64,000 nucleotides of DNA, taken from NCBI RefSeq assembly GCF_056746865.1, contig NZ_CM163382.1; one strand, written 5' to 3'. The position numbers were made by a program, and so were the translations under genes. Below the pieces are notes generated by a model. The model was not told where the DNA came from and did no database searches. It worked only from the letters and a program-made list of their open reading frames with translations. Of this stretch, positions 1 through 13,490 are shown piece by piece (the first letter of the stretch is position 1; each line of letters begins with the position of its first letter).

Positions 1-176
1 ATAACCCGGTTCAGTGGACGAAGTCTGTTGAATACATGGCAGCGCAAGGCGTAGAACATCTCTATGAAGTCGGCCCGGGCAAAGTGCTTACTGGCCTGAC
101 GAAACGCATTGTCGACACCCTGACCGCCTCGGCGCTGAACGAACCTTCAGCGATGGCAGCGGCGCTCGAGCTTTAA
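1..176 (+). CDS. fabD: malonyl-CoA:ACP transacylase, 3' end (partial, runs off window start)
   Basis: Open frame from window edge ending ...NEPSAMAAALEL with stop at 174-176; sits upstream of fabG-acpP-fabF in the conserved fab cluster order. Confidence 0.8.
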   Translation, partial: NPVQWTKSVEYMAAQGVEHLYEVGPGKVLTGLTKRIVDTLTASALNEPSAMAAALEL

Positions 177-188
177 AAGAGGAAAATC

Positions 189-923
189 ATGAATTTTGAA
201 GGAAAAATCGCACTGGTAACCGGTGCAAGCCGCGGAATTGGCCGCGCAATTGCTGAAACGCTCGCAGCCCGTGGCGCGAAAGTTATCGGCACTGCGACCA
301 GTGAAAATGGCGCTCAGGCGATCAGTGATTATTTAGGTGCCAACGGCAAAGGTCTGATGTTGAATGTGACCGACCCGGCATCTATCGAATCTGTTCTGGA
401 AAAAATTCGCGCAGAATTTGGTGAAGTGGATATCCTGGTCAATAATGCCGGTATCACTCGTGATAACCTGTTAATGCGAATGAAAGATGAAGAGTGGAAC
501 GATATTATCGAAACCAACCTTTCATCTGTTTTCCGTCTGTCAAAAGCGGTAATGCGCGCTATGATGAAAAAGCGTCATGGTCGTATTATCACTATCGGTT
601 CTGTGGTTGGTACCATGGGAAATGGCGGTCAGGCCAACTACGCTGCGGCGAAAGCGGGCTTGATCGGCTTCAGTAAATCACTGGCGCGCGAAGTTGCGTC
701 ACGCGGTATTACTGTAAACGTTGTTGCTCCGGGCTTTATTGAAACGGACATGACACGTGCGCTGAGCGATGACCAGCGTGCGGGTATCCTGGCGCAGGTT
801 CCTGCGGGTCGCCTCGGCGGCGCACAGGAAATCGCCAACGCGGTTGCATTCCTGGCATCCGACGAAGCAGCTTACATCACGGGTGAAACTTTGCATGTGA
901 ACGGCGGGATGTACATGGTCTGA
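189..923 (+). CDS. fabG: 3-oxoacyl-ACP reductase
   Basis: 244-aa ORF with SDR Rossmann motif TGASRGIG and catalytic region NYAAAKAG; conserved position in fab cluster. Confidence 0.96.
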   Translation: MNFEGKIALVTGASRGIGRAIAETLAARGAKVIGTATSENGAQAISDYLGANGKGLMLNVTDPASIESVLEKIRAEFGEVDILVNNAGITRDNLLMRMKDEEWNDIIETNLSSVFRLSKAVMRAMMKKRHGRIITIGSVVGTMGNGGQANYAAAKAGLIGFSKSLAREVASRGITVNVVAPGFIETDMTRALSDDQRAGILAQVPAGRLGGAQEIANAVAFLASDEAAYITGETLHVNGGMYMV

Positions 924-1133
924 CCGCGATTTGCACAAAATGCTCATGTTGCGCGCAGTCTGCGTGGTTATGAGTAATAATTAGTGCAAAATGATTTGCG
1001 TTATTGGGGGGTAAGGCCTCAAAATAACGTAAAATCGTGGTAAGACCTGCCGGGATTTAGTTGCAAATTTTTCAACATTTTATACACTACGAAAACCATC
1101 GCGAAAGCGAGTTTTGATAGGAAATTTAAGAGT

Positions 1134-1370
1134 ATGAGCACTATCGAAGAACGCGTTAAGAAAATTATCGGCGAACAGCTGGGCGTTAAGCAGGAAGAAG
1201 TTACCAACAATGCTTCTTTCGTTGAAGACCTGGGCGCGGATTCTCTTGACACCGTTGAGCTGGTAATGGCTCTGGAAGAAGAGTTTGATACTGAGATTCC
1301 GGACGAAGAAGCTGAGAAAATCACCACCGTTCAGGCTGCCATTGATTACATCAACGGCCACCAGGCGTAA
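1134..1370 (+). CDS. acpP: acyl carrier protein
   Basis: 78-aa ORF with phosphopantetheine attachment motif [13 protein letters not shown]. Confidence 0.97.
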
Positions 1371-1427
1371 GTGAACATCTCCAGGCGGTCGTTCGACCGC
1401 CTGAGTTTTATCTTTTTGTCCCACTAG

Positions 1428-2699
<1,272 letters not shown>

Positions 2700-2724
2700 A
2701 TTGTCATTTTCCACCCTTATAAAA

Positions 2725-2747
2725 GGTCCGCTTGCGGGCCTTTTTTC
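2725..2747 (+). terminator. candidate rho-independent terminator after fabF
   Basis: Imperfect GC hairpin ggtccgc-ttgc-gggcc followed by a T6 run; approximate coordinates. Confidence 0.45.
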
Positions 2748-2750
2748 TTG

Positions 2751-3465
2751 TGCACAGAAAACCCCCAGCTAGGCTGGGGGTTCCGGAAAGCTTTCAGCTT
2801 TGAGCCAGTTATTAAAACCCCTTTTGATTTGTTAAAACACCTTGCGGTCTGGCAACTGCAAGTGTCAAACAAGAAATCAAAAGGGGGTCCCAATGGGGAA
2901 CGAAAAGAGCTTAGCGCACACCCGATGGAACTGTAAATATCACATAGTTTTTGCGCCAAAATACCGAAGACAGGTGTTCTACAGAGAGAAGCGTAGAGCA
3001 ATAGGCAGTATTTTGAGAAAGCTGTGTGAGTGGAAAAGCGTACGGATTCTGGAAGCTGAATGCTGTGCAGATCATATCCATATGCTTGTGGAGATCCCGC
3101 CTAAAATGAGCGTATCCGGGTTTATGGGATATCTGAAAGGGAAAAGCAGTCTGATGCTTTACGAGCAGTTTGGTGATTTGAAATTCAAATACAGGAACAG
3201 GGAGTTCTGGTGCAGAGGGTACTACGTCGATACAGTGGGTAAGAACACGGCGAAGATACAGGATTACATAAAGCACCAGCTTGAAGAGGATAAAATGGGA
3301 GAGCAGTTATCGATTCCCTATCCGGGCAGCCCGTTTACGGGCCGTAAGTAACGAAGTTGGATGCAAATGTCAGATCGTGTGCGCCTGTTAGGGCGCGGCT
3401 GGTAAGAGAGCCTTATAGGCGCATTTGAAAAACCTCCGGCTATGCCGGAGGATATTTATTTAGTT
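2751..3465 (+). mobile_element. IS200-type element (IS200/IS605 family); ends approximate
   Basis: About 710 bp extra DNA between fabF and pabC; perfect 8-bp/3-nt-loop hairpins near both ends (2762-2780 and 3433-3451); RBS-sequestering stem-loop (2818-2886) just before the tnpA start. Confidence 0.7.
2893..3351 (+). CDS. tnpA: IS200 transposase TnpA (Y1 HUH type, 152 aa)
   Basis: Product MGNEKSLAHTRWNCKYHIVFAPKYRR...HIHMLVEIPP... matches the recalled IS200 TnpA sequence; HUH motif (HIH) present. Confidence 0.9.
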   Translation: MGNEKSLAHTRWNCKYHIVFAPKYRRQVFYREKRRAIGSILRKLCEWKSVRILEAECCADHIHMLVEIPPKMSVSGFMGYLKGKSSLMLYEQFGDLKFKYRNREFWCRGYYVDTVGKNTAKIQDYIKHQLEEDKMGEQLSIPYPGSPFTGRK

Positions 3466-3530
3466 TTTATTCCGACTTGTTCCGTAGTGAACATGCTGCC
3501 ACACTAACAATTCTCTGATAAGGAGCCGGT

Positions 3531-4340
3531 ATGTTCTTAATTAACGGTCATAAGCAGGAATCGCTGGCAGTAAGCGATCGGGCAACGCAGTTTGGTGATG
3601 GTTGTTTTACCACCGCCAGAGTTATCGACGGTAAAGTCAGTTTGTTATCGGCGCATATCCAGCGACTACAGGATGCTTGTCAGCGGTTGATGATTTCCTG
3701 TGACTTCTGGCCTCAGCTTGAACAAGAGATGAAAACGCTGGCAGCAGAACAGCAAAATGGTGTACTGAAAGTCGTGATCAGTCGCGGTAGTGGCGGGCGA
3801 GGGTACAGCACATTGAACAGTGGACCGGCAACGCGGATTCTCTCCGTTACGGCTTATCCTGCACATTACGACCGTTTGCGTAACGAAGGGATGACGTTGG
3901 CGCTAAGCCCGGTGCGGCTGGGGCGCAATCCTCATCTTGCAGGTATTAAACATCTTAATCGGCTTGAGCAAGTATTGATCCGCTCTCATCTTGAGCAGAC
4001 AAACGCTGATGAGGCGCTGGTCCTTGACAGCGAAGGGTGGGTTACGGAATGCTGTGCGGCTAATTTGTTCTGGCGGAAGGGCAACGTAGTTTATACGCCG
4101 CGACTGGATCAGGCAGGTGTTAACGGCATTATGCGACAATTCTGTATCCGTTTGCTGGCACAATCCTCTTATCAGCTTGTCGAAGTGCAAGCCTCTCTGG
4201 AAGAGGCGTTGCAGGCAGATGAGATGGTTATTTGTAATGCGTTAATGCCAGTGATGCCCGTACGTGCCTGTGGCGATGTCTCCTTTTCGTCAGCAACGTT
4301 ATATGAATATTTAGCCCCACTTTGTGAGCGCCCGAATTAG
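3531..4340 (+). CDS. pabC: aminodeoxychorismate lyase
   Basis: 269-aa ORF in the conserved fabF-pabC-mltG position; class IV aminotransferase-like product. Confidence 0.9.
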   Translation: MFLINGHKQESLAVSDRATQFGDGCFTTARVIDGKVSLLSAHIQRLQDACQRLMISCDFWPQLEQEMKTLAAEQQNGVLKVVISRGSGGRGYSTLNSGPATRILSVTAYPAHYDRLRNEGMTLALSPVRLGRNPHLAGIKHLNRLEQVLIRSHLEQTNADEALVLDSEGWVTECCAANLFWRKGNVVYTPRLDQAGVNGIMRQFCIRLLAQSSYQLVEVQASLEEALQADEMVICNALMPVMPVRACGDVSFSSATLYEYLAPLCERPN

Positions 4341-4342
4341 TC

Positions 4343-5365
4343 ATGAAAAAAGTGTTATTGATAATCTTGTTATTGCTGGTGGTACTGGGTATCGCCGCTG
4401 GTGTGGGCGTCTGGAAGGTTCGCCATCTTGCCGACAGCAAATTGCTTATCAAAGAAGAGACGATATTTACTCTGAAGCCAGGGACCGGACGTCTGGCGCT
4501 CGGTGAACAGCTTTATGCCGATAAGATCATCAATCGCCCACGGGTTTTTCAATGGTTGCTGCGTATCGAACCGGATCTTTCTCACTTTAAAGCCGGGACT
4601 TACCGCTTTACACCGCAGATGACCGTGCGCGAGATGCTGAAATTGTTGGAAAGCGGTAAAGAAGCACAGTTCCCGCTGCGACTGGTAGAAGGGATGCGTC
4701 TGAGCGACTACCTCAAGCAATTGCGTGAGGCTCCGTATATCAAGCACACGCTGAGCGACGATAAGTACGCCACCGTAGCGCAGGCACTTGAACTGGAAAA
4801 CCCGGAGTGGATTGAAGGTTGGTTCTGGCCAGACACCTGGATGTATACCGCCAATACCACCGATGTCGCGTTACTCAAGCGAGCGCACAAGAAAATGGTG
4901 AAAGCGGTCGATAGCGCCTGGGAAGGGCGTGCGGACGGTCTGCCTTATAAAGATAAAAACCAGTTGGTGACGATGGCATCAATTATCGAAAAAGAAACCG
5001 CCGTTGCCAGTGAACGCGATCAGGTTGCCTCAGTATTTATCAACCGTTTACGCATTGGTATGCGCCTGCAGACCGACCCGACCGTGATTTACGGGATGGG
5101 AGAGCGTTATAATGGCAAACTTTCTCGTGCAGACCTGGAAACGCCGACAGCGTATAACACCTATACCATTACCGGTCTGCCGCCAGGTGCGATAGCGACG
5201 CCGGGGGCGGATTCGCTGAAGGCTGCTGCGCATCCGGCAAAAACGCCGTATCTCTATTTTGTGGCCGATGGTAAAGGTGGTCACACGTTTAATACCAATC
5301 TTGCCAGTCATAACAAGTCTGTGCAGGATTATCTGAAAGTGCTTAAGGAAAAAAATGCGCAGTAA
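4343..5365 (+). CDS. mltG: endolytic murein transglycosylase (YceG)
   Basis: 340-aa ORF with N-terminal membrane anchor and YceG-like domain; conserved synteny. Confidence 0.92.
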   Translation: MKKVLLIILLLLVVLGIAAGVGVWKVRHLADSKLLIKEETIFTLKPGTGRLALGEQLYADKIINRPRVFQWLLRIEPDLSHFKAGTYRFTPQMTVREMLKLLESGKEAQFPLRLVEGMRLSDYLKQLREAPYIKHTLSDDKYATVAQALELENPEWIEGWFWPDTWMYTANTTDVALLKRAHKKMVKAVDSAWEGRADGLPYKDKNQLVTMASIIEKETAVASERDQVASVFINRLRIGMRLQTDPTVIYGMGERYNGKLSRADLETPTAYNTYTITGLPPGAIATPGADSLKAAAHPAKTPYLYFVADGKGGHTFNTNLASHNKSVQDYLKVLKEKNAQ

Positions 5366-5996
5366 GTATATCGTCATTGAGGGGCTGGAAGGCGCAGGCA
5401 AAACTACCGCGCGTAACGTGGTGGTTGAGACGCTCGAGCAACTGGGTATCCGCGACATGGTTTTCACTCGGGAACCTGGCGGTACGCAACTTGCCGAAAA
5501 GTTAAGAAGCCTGGTGCTGGATATCAAATCGGTAGGCGATGAAGTCATTACCGATAAAGCCGAAGTTCTGATGTTTTATGCCGCGCGCGTTCAACTGGTA
5601 GAAACGGTCATCAAACCTGCGCTGGCTAACGGCACCTGGGTGATTGGCGATCGCCACGATCTCTCCACTCAAGCCTATCAGGGTGGAGGACGTGGTATTG
5701 ACCAACATATGCTGGCAACACTGCGTGATGCTGTTCTCGGGGATTTTCGCCCCGACTTAACGCTCTATCTCGATGTTACCCCGGAGGTTGGCTTAAAACG
5801 CGCGCGTGCGCGCGGCGAGCTGGATCGTATTGAGCAAGAGTCTTTCGATTTCTTTAATCGCACCCGCGCCCGCTATCTGGAACTGGCAGCACAAGATAAA
5901 AGCATTCATACCATTGATGCCACCCAGCCGCTGGAGGCCGTGATGGATGCAATCCGCACTACCGTGACCAACTGGGTGAAGGAGTTGGACGCATGA
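5355..5996 (+). CDS. tmk: thymidylate kinase
   Basis: 213-aa ORF with P-loop [10 protein letters not shown]; start overlaps mltG end. Confidence 0.95.
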   Translation: MRSKYIVIEGLEGAGKTTARNVVVETLEQLGIRDMVFTREPGGTQLAEKLRSLVLDIKSVGDEVITDKAEVLMFYAARVQLVETVIKPALANGTWVIGDRHDLSTQAYQGGGRGIDQHMLATLRDAVLGDFRPDLTLYLDVTPEVGLKRARARGELDRIEQESFDFFNRTRARYLELAAQDKSIHTIDATQPLEAVMDAIRTTVTNWVKELDA

Positions 5997-6997
5997 GATG
6001 GTATCCATGGTTACGACCTGATTTCGAAAAACTGGTAGCCAGCTATCAGGCCGGAAGAGGTCACCATGCGCTACTCATTCAGGCGTTACCGGGCATGGGC
6101 GATGATGCTTTAATCTACGCCCTGAGCCGTTATTTACTCTGCCAACAACCGCAGGGCCACAAAAGTTGCGGTCACTGTCGTGGATGTCAGTTGATGCAGG
6201 CTGGCACGCATCCCGATTATTACACCCTGGCTCCCGAAAAAGGGAAAAATGCGCTGGGCATTGATGCGGTACGTGAAGTCACCGAAAAGTTAAATGAGCA
6301 CGCACGCTTAGGTGGTGCGAAAGTTGTCTGGGTAACCGATGCTGCCTTACTGACCGACGCCGCGGCTAACGCATTGCTGAAAACGCTTGAAGAGCCACCA
6401 GCAGAAACCTGGTTTTTCCTGGCTACCCGCGAGCCTGAACGTTTACTGGCAACATTACGTAGTCGTTGTCGGTTACATTACCTTGCGCCGCCGCCGGAAC
6501 AGTACGCCGTGACCTGGCTTTCACGCGAAGTGACAATGTCACAGGATGCACTACTTGCCGCATTGCGCTTAAGCGCCGGTTCGCCTGGGGCGGCACTGGC
6601 GTTGTTTCAGGGAGATAACTGGCAGGCTCGTGAAACATTGTGTCAGGCGCTGGCATATAGCGTGCAATCGGGCGACTGGTATTCGCTGCTAGCGGCCCTT
6701 AATCATGAACAAGCTCCGGCGCGTTTACACTGGCTGGCAACGTTGCTGATGGATGCGCTAAAACGCCATCATGGCGCTGCGCAGGTGACCAATGTTGATG
6801 TGCCGGGCCTGGTCGTCGAACTGGCAAACCATCTTTCTCCCTCGCGCCTGCAGGCTATACTGGGGGATGTTTGCCACATTCGTGAACAGTTAATGTCTGT
6901 CACAGGTATTAACCGCGAGCTTCTCATCACCGATCTTTTACTGCGTATTGAGCATTACCTGCAACCGGGCGTTGTGCTACCGGTTCCTCATCTTTAA
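5993..6997 (+). CDS. holB: DNA polymerase III delta-prime subunit
   Basis: 334-aa ORF with zinc module CGHCRGCQ; overlaps tmk stop. Confidence 0.93.
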   Translation: MRWYPWLRPDFEKLVASYQAGRGHHALLIQALPGMGDDALIYALSRYLLCQQPQGHKSCGHCRGCQLMQAGTHPDYYTLAPEKGKNALGIDAVREVTEKLNEHARLGGAKVVWVTDAALLTDAAANALLKTLEEPPAETWFFLATREPERLLATLRSRCRLHYLAPPPEQYAVTWLSREVTMSQDALLAALRLSAGSPGAALALFQGDNWQARETLCQALAYSVQSGDWYSLLAALNHEQAPARLHWLATLLMDALKRHHGAAQVTNVDVPGLVVELANHLSPSRLQAILGDVCHIREQLMSVTGINRELLITDLLLRIEHYLQPGVVLPVPHL

Positions 6998-7007
6998 GAG
7001 AGACATC

Positions 7008-7805
7008 ATGTTTTTAGTCGACTCACACTGCCATCTCGATGGTCTGGATTATGAATCTTTGCATAAGGATGTGGATGACGTTCTGGCGAAAGCCGCCGCA
7101 CGCGATGTGAAATTTTGTCTGGCAGTCGCCACAACATTACCGGGTTATTTACACATGCGGGATCTGGTAGGCGAACGTGACAACGTCGTATTTTCTTGTG
7201 GCGTGCATCCACTCAACCAGAATGATCCCTACGATGTAGAAGATTTACGCCGTCTGGCGGCAGAAGAGGGCGTTGTTGCGCTGGGTGAAACCGGGCTGGA
7301 TTATTATTACACGCCGGAAACTAAAGTACGGCAGCAAGAGTCCTTCATCCATCATATCCAGATTGGTCGTGAACTGAACAAGCCGGTTATCGTCCATACC
7401 CGTGACGCCCGCGCCGATACGCTGGCAATTCTGCGCGAAGAAAAAGTGACGGATTGCGGTGGCGTACTACACTGTTTTACAGAGGACAGAGAAACGGCGG
7501 GTAAATTACTGGATCTCGGATTTTACATCTCCTTTTCCGGCATTGTGACCTTCCGTAATGCGGAGCAACTGCGCGATGCTGCGCGTTATGTCCCCCTGGA
7601 TCGGTTACTGGTAGAAACTGACTCACCTTACCTTGCACCGGTTCCGCATCGAGGAAAAGAGAATCAACCTGCGATGGTTCGTGACGTTGCAGAATACATG
7701 GCCGTGTTGAAAGGTGTTGCCGTTGAAGAACTGGCGCAGGTAACCACCGATAACTTCGCCCGTCTGTTTCACATCGACGCTTCCCGCCTTCAATCCATCC
7801 GTTGA
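7008..7805 (+). CDS. ycfH: TatD-family metal-dependent hydrolase
   Basis: Product begins [11 protein letters not shown] (TatD signature); track ORF 6948-7805 trimmed to this internal ATG. Confidence 0.88.
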
Positions 7806-8099
7806 ATGAGTTTTTTTAAAGCTCGTAATTAATGGCTAAAACGAGTAAAGTTCACCGCCGAAAATTGGGCGGTGAATAACCACGTTTGAAATATTGTGAC
7901 ATATGTTTTGTCAAAATGTGCAACTTCTCCAATGATCTGAAGTTGAAACGTGATAGCCGTCAAACAAATTGGCACTGAATTATTTTACTCTGTGTAATAA
8001 ATAAAGGGCGCTTAGATGCCCTGTACACGGCGAGGCTCTCCCCCCTTGCCACGCGTGAGAACGTAAAAAAAGCACCCATACTCAGGAGCACTCTCAATT

Positions 8100-9533
8100 A
8101 TGTTTAAGAATGCATTTGCTAACCTGCAAAAGGTCGGTAAATCGCTGATGCTGCCGGTATCCGTACTGCCTATCGCAGGTATTCTGCTGGGCGTCGGTTC
8201 CGCGAATTTCAGCTGGCTGCCCGCCGTTGTATCGCATGTTATGGCAGAAGCAGGCGGTTCCGTCTTTGCAAACATGCCACTGATTTTTGCGATCGGTGTC
8301 GCCCTCGGCTTTACCAATAACGATGGCGTATCCGCGCTGGCCGCAGTTGTTGCCTATGGCATCATGGTTAAAACCATGGCCGTGGTTGCGCCACTGGTAC
8401 TGCATTTACCTGCTGAAGAAATCGCCTCTAAACACCTGGCGGATACTGGCGTACTCGGAGGGATTATCTCCGGTGCGATTGCAGCGTATATGTTTAAGCG
8501 TTTCTACCGTATTAAGCTGCCTGAGTATCTTGGCTTCTTTGCCGGTAAACGCTTTGTGCCGATCATTTCTGGCCTGGCTGCCATCTTTACTGGCGTTGTG
8601 CTGTCCTTCATTTGGCCGCCGATTGGTTCTGCAATCCAGACCTTCTCTCAATGGGCTGCTTACCAGAACCCGGTAGTTGCGTTTGGCATTTACGGTTTCA
8701 TCGAACGTTGCCTGGTACCGTTTGGTCTGCACCACATCTGGAACGTACCTTTCCAGATGCAAATTGGTGAATACACCAACGCAGCAGGTCAGGTTTTCCA
8801 CGGCGACATTCCGCGTTATATGGCGGGTGACCCGACTGCGGGTAAACTGTCTGGTGGCTTCCTGTTCAAAATGTACGGTCTGCCAGCTGCCGCAATTGCT
8901 ATCTGGCACTCTGCTAAACCAGAAAACCGCGCGAAAGTGGGCGGTATTATGATCTCCGCGGCGCTGACCTCGTTCCTGACCGGTATCACCGAGCCGATCG
9001 AGTTCTCCTTCATGTTCGTTGCGCCGATCCTGTACATCATCCACGCGATTCTGGCAGGCCTGGCATTCCCAATCTGTATTCTTTTGGGGATGCGTGACGG
9101 TACGTCGTTCTCGCACGGTCTGATCGACTTCATCGTTCTGTCTGGTAACAGCAGCAAACTGTGGCTGTTCCCGATCGTCGGTATCGGTTATGCGATTGTT
9201 TACTACACCATCTTCCGCGTGCTGATTAAAGCACTGGATCTGAAAACGCCGGGTCGTGAAGATGCGACTGAAGATGCAAAAGCGACAGGTACCAGCGAAA
9301 TGGCACCGGCTCTGGTTGCTGCATTTGGTGGTAAAGAAAACATTACTAACCTCGACGCATGTATTACCCGTCTGCGCGTCAGCGTTGCTGATGTGTCTAA
9401 AGTGGATCAGGCTGGCCTGAAGAAACTGGGCGCAGCGGGCGTAGTGGTTGCTGGTTCTGGTGTTCAGGCGATTTTCGGTACTAAATCCGATAACCTGAAA
9501 ACCGAGATGGATGAGTACATCCGTAACCACTAA
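8100..9533 (+). CDS. ptsG: PTS glucose-specific EIICB component
   Basis: 477-aa polytopic membrane protein with C-terminal EIIB domain motif [10 protein letters not shown]. Confidence 0.96.
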
Positions 9534-9556
9534 TCCGTAAGACGTTGGGGAGACTA

Positions 9557-9582
9557 AGGCAGCCGGATGGCTGCCTTTTTTA
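9557..9582. terminator. bidirectional intrinsic terminator between ptsG and fhuE
   Basis: Hairpin aggcagcc-ggat-ggctgcct followed by T-run, between convergent genes. Confidence 0.6.
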
Positions 9583-9592
9583 CAGGTGTTAT

Positions 9593-11782
9593 TCAGAATT
9601 GATACGTGCCGGTAATGCTGAAATTACGCGGTGCGCCGTAGACGATAGAACCTTCCACGTTGGTATCGTAGGTTTTGTCGAACAGGTTATTGACGTTCCC
9701 CTGTAACGAGAAGTTTTTCGTCACCTGGTAGCGGGTGAAGAGATCCACCAGCGCGTAGCTACCTTGCTCGGCGCGGAAGGTGCCATACGGTGTCACGGTG
9801 TCGGTATACACGCGATTTTGCCAGTTAACACCACCGCCGACCGTCAACTCTGGCATGACAGGCAACCGGTAGCTGGTGAACATTTTAACCGTGGTGCGTG
9901 GCAGATTAGGATTAACGGCGTTTCCTTCGTTATCCTCTGCAATATAGCGCGTTGCGCCAAACGTCAGCTGCCAGTTGTCGGTAATTGCGCCGTTGAGTTC
10001 AAATTCCACACCTTTACTGACTGTCCCATCCACCGCTTTATAGGCGGTTTCGCCGTTGCTGCCGGGGATAGGTGTACCGGTGGACTGAGCGACATTATCC
10101 TGCTCAATACGGAAGATGGCTAACGTGGTGGTCAGACGGCTATTCATCCAGTCCGATTTCAGACCCAGCTCGTAGTTGTTACCGGTGATTGGAGCCAGAT
10201 ATTTGCCTGAACTGTCACGATCATTTTGCGGCTGGAAAATAGAGGTATAGCTGGCGTAGGTCGACCAGTTGTCATTGATGTCAAACACCAGACCAGCGTA
10301 AGGCGTGGTGTGGTTTTTCTCCATGCTGTAAGTCAGCGTATCAACCCGCCAGTTGGTATAACGTGCGCCGAGGATCAGATGCAGCGGATCGGCAAGGGTG
10401 ACACGAGTGGCAGCATATAACGATTTCATATGTGTGGTATCGTCCTGCGCCAGGCTCTGTGGTGACCAGTCGGTTTGTGGGAAATTGCCATTAAAGTTGT
10501 AGAAACTGCCAATTTCATCCGGGAAGATGTTGGCCCATGAACTGAAGTAACGATTGTTTTGTTTGCTGTAACTGCCACCAAACATTAGATTGTGCTGACG
10601 ACCAAACAATTCATAACTACCGTCAGCAAACAAATCCAGCGCATCAACTTTACGTTTGCCGCTGTTCCAACCGGTACCGCCGACATAATCAAAGCCAGGT
10701 CCATAATTACTGTATGGCCCAACCAGCATACCATCCGCTTTGTTTACATAGGCATCGACATACATCATTTTGCTGTCAAATTCGACTTCGGAGTGGGTGG
10801 CATTCAGTGTCGCTTGCCAGGTATCAGCAAACCGCTGCTTCAGGGTCATAAAGACCTTGTTGATCTCTTTATCGTTGTACGCCCAGTCAGGTGCGGTACT
10901 GCGTGCGCGATCGTAACTGTTGCTGCTGCCATCAGTATTCCAGCGCGGTAAACCGCCCCACGTTGGGCTATTAACATCAATGCGCTGATATTCGTAACCG
11001 GCTGAAAGCGTCGTAAGATCGCCTAAATCAGCATCAACAATGCCGGAGAAGAAGGTCTTTTCACTGTTGTAGCGGTCCAGCCATGAGTCGTTATTCTGGT
11101 AGCCGCCGACAATTCGCGCGCGGATTTTACCATCTTCGGTGAGTGGACTTTGTAAATCCGCCACATACCGTTCTTTGTTCCAGCTACCGTATTCCGCCGA
11201 GACATCGCCTTTAAATTCACGACTGGTCGCGTGTTTTCGAACCATATTAATTGCCGCAGATGGATTACCCGTCCCGGTCATGAGTCCTGTCGCGCCACGC
11301 ACTACTTCTACGCGTTCAAACAGTGCCATATCAGAAAGTGCGTCGCCCAGATTCCAGCGCGATTCAAAATAGGTGGGGATACCATCAACCATATAGTTAT
11401 CAATCTGGAATCCGCGGGAATAATAAAGAGCACGATCGGAATCCGCCTGACTTTTGCTGATCCCCAGCGTGTTTTCCATCACTTCGCCCAGCGTTTGTAA
11501 CTGCTGATCTTCCATCCGCTGCTGGCTAACAATAGTGACCGACTGAGGAATATCACGTTGAGTCATCTGCATTTTGGTACCCGCAGAGGTAGACGTTACG
11601 CTGTAATCATTTTCGCCATCATCTGGAGCTGTGGCTGAACCCTCAACAATAACCGTTTCTTCAGTGGCTGGTGCAGCAAAAGCGGCGGAAGGTAAGAGTG
11701 CCAGTGCTATGCAGGCGGCAAGCAGTGACGGTTTGGAGGTGGTTTGATGTTGATTATCCCTGTTAAATTGTGTTGAAAGCAT
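9593..11782 (-). CDS. fhuE: TonB-dependent outer-membrane ferric-siderophore receptor
   Basis: 729-aa ORF with signal peptide, TonB box region and C-terminal beta-barrel ending ...ITGTYQF. Confidence 0.93.
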   Translation of the reverse strand: MLSTQFNRDNQHQTTSKPSLLAACIALALLPSAAFAAPATEETVIVEGSATAPDDGENDYSVTSTSAGTKMQMTQRDIPQSVTIVSQQRMEDQQLQTLGEVMENTLGISKSQADSDRALYYSRGFQIDNYMVDGIPTYFESRWNLGDALSDMALFERVEVVRGATGLMTGTGNPSAAINMVRKHATSREFKGDVSAEYGSWNKERYVADLQSPLTEDGKIRARIVGGYQNNDSWLDRYNSEKTFFSGIVDADLGDLTTLSAGYEYQRIDVNSPTWGGLPRWNTDGSSNSYDRARSTAPDWAYNDKEINKVFMTLKQRFADTWQATLNATHSEVEFDSKMMYVDAYVNKADGMLVGPYSNYGPGFDYVGGTGWNSGKRKVDALDLFADGSYELFGRQHNLMFGGSYSKQNNRYFSSWANIFPDEIGSFYNFNGNFPQTDWSPQSLAQDDTTHMKSLYAATRVTLADPLHLILGARYTNWRVDTLTYSMEKNHTTPYAGLVFDINDNWSTYASYTSIFQPQNDRDSSGKYLAPITGNNYELGLKSDWMNSRLTTTLAIFRIEQDNVAQSTGTPIPGSNGETAYKAVDGTVSKGVEFELNGAITDNWQLTFGATRYIAEDNEGNAVNPNLPRTTVKMFTSYRLPVMPELTVGGGVNWQNRVYTDTVTPYGTFRAEQGSYALVDLFTRYQVTKNFSLQGNVNNLFDKTYDTNVEGSIVYGAPRNFSITGTYQF

Positions 11783-12115
11783 CTGAAATCTCTTGGTTTA
11801 TGTTGTCGTCAGGCTCATGCCGGAGCAGGGTGATGAGCGGTTATATTTAGTGTGCGAATAATTTTGCATGTAAATGCAAATGAGAAATATAAGTATTCAT
11901 ATTTGACGTGTAAACCAAACAGAGAATGTCTTTTCAGCGCATTCGCAGGCAGAAATGGGAATAATGGCGATATATACGGCAGCAAAACGATTTTTTGCTT
12001 AAGAAATCGTGAGTTAAGGTTGAAAGAGCAGGTTTAACTCGACCATACTCTATACTCGCAGTGTGGCGCGGCGTAGCATGGCGCAACGCATGGCTATTTG
12101 AAAAAGGAAAATGTC

Positions 12116-12475
12116 GTGGCAGAAGAAACTATATTCAGCAAAATTATTCGTCGTGAGATCCCCTCCGATATCGTTTACCAGGATGATCTGGTAACGGCGT
12201 TTCGCGATATTTCGCCGCAAGCGCCAACGCATATTCTGATCATTCCAAATATCCTCATTCCAACTGTGAACGACGTGTCTGCTGAGCATGAGCAGGCGCT
12301 GGGACGCATGATCACCGTAGCGGCAAAAATTGCTGAGCAAGAAGGTATTGCCGAAGATGGCTATCGTCTGATCATGAACACCAACCGCCACGGCGGACAA
12401 GAGGTTTACCACATCCATATGCACTTGTTGGGTGGCCGTCCGCTGGGACCAATGCTGGCGCATAAAGGTCTGTAA
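12116..12475 (+). CDS. hinT: purine nucleoside phosphoramidase (HIT family)
   Basis: Product [16 protein letters not shown]... with histidine-triad motif [10 protein letters not shown] start inferred inside track ORF 12098-12475. Confidence 0.88.
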   Translation: MAEETIFSKIIRREIPSDIVYQDDLVTAFRDISPQAPTHILIIPNILIPTVNDVSAEHEQALGRMITVAAKIAEQEGIAEDGYRLIMNTNRHGGQEVYHIHMHLLGGRPLGPMLAHKGL

Positions 12476-12477
12476 CG

Positions 12478-12855
12478 ATGAGAAAAGGATGCTATGGGCT
12501 GGTGTCTCTGGCGTTGTTACTGCTGGTGGGCTGTCGTTCACATCCGGAAATTCCGGTGAATGATGAGCAATCGCTGGTGATGGAGTCATCTTTATTGGCT
12601 GCGGGCATCAGTGCAGAAAAGCCCGTCCTTTCGACGTCTGATATTCAACCTTCAGCATCCTCAACGCTTTATAACGAAAGGCAAGAACCCGTTACCGTTC
12701 ATTATCGTTTTTACTGGTATGACGCCAGAGGGCTGGAGATGCATCCTCTGGAAAGGCCACGCAGCGTTACCATTCCCGCACATTCGGCGGTAACGCTGTA
12801 CGGCAGCGCCAATTTTCTGGGGGCGCACAAAGTCAGACTTTATCTATATTTGTAA
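12478..12855 (+). CDS. ycfL: lipoprotein YcfL
   Basis: 125-aa ORF with lipobox LLLVGC; conserved synteny. Confidence 0.88.
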   Translation: MRKGCYGLVSLALLLLVGCRSHPEIPVNDEQSLVMESSLLAAGISAEKPVLSTSDIQPSASSTLYNERQEPVTVHYRFYWYDARGLEMHPLERPRSVTIPAHSAVTLYGSANFLGAHKVRLYLYL

Positions 12856-12865
12856 GGGGTGAATC

Positions 12866-13490
12866 TTGATGACAAAAATGAGTCGCTACGCCTTGATTAC
12901 CGCGCTGGCGATGTTTCTCGCCGGGTGTGTGGGGCAACGTGAACCTGCACCGGTAGAAGAAGTGAAACCAGCGCCGGAACAACCAGCCGAGCCGCAACAG
13001 CCTGTCCCCACAGTGCCCTCGGTGCCGACAATCCCGCAGCAGCCAGGCCCAATTGAGCACGAAGATCAAACTGCACCGCCTGCGCCGCATATTCGCCATT
13101 ATGACTGGAATGGCGCAATGCAGCCGATGGTCAGTAAGATGCTTGGGGCTGACGGGGTGACTGCGGGTAGCGTCCTTCTGGTTGATAGCGTTAACAACCG
13201 TACTAACGGTTCGCTGAATGCCGCAGAAGCGACCGAAACGCTGCGAAATGCGCTGGCTAATAACGGTAAATTTACCCTGGTTTCCGCCCAGCAGCTGTCG
13301 ATGGCAAAGCAACAGTTAGGTTTGTCGCCGCAGGACAGTTTAGGCACCCGTAGTAAAGCCATAGGTATTGCCCGCAATGTCGGCGCTCATTACGTGCTGT
13401 ACTCCAGCGCCTCTGGCAACGTTAACGCTCCGACCCTACAAATGCAGCTGATGCTGGTGCAGACGGGTGAAATTATCTGGTCAGGTAAAG

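Noticed and set aside
8406-9530. 374-aa ORF on the minus strand
   Set aside because: Lies entirely antisense within ptsG, whose product is unambiguous; Arg/Cys-rich composition is typical of a spurious antisense frame.
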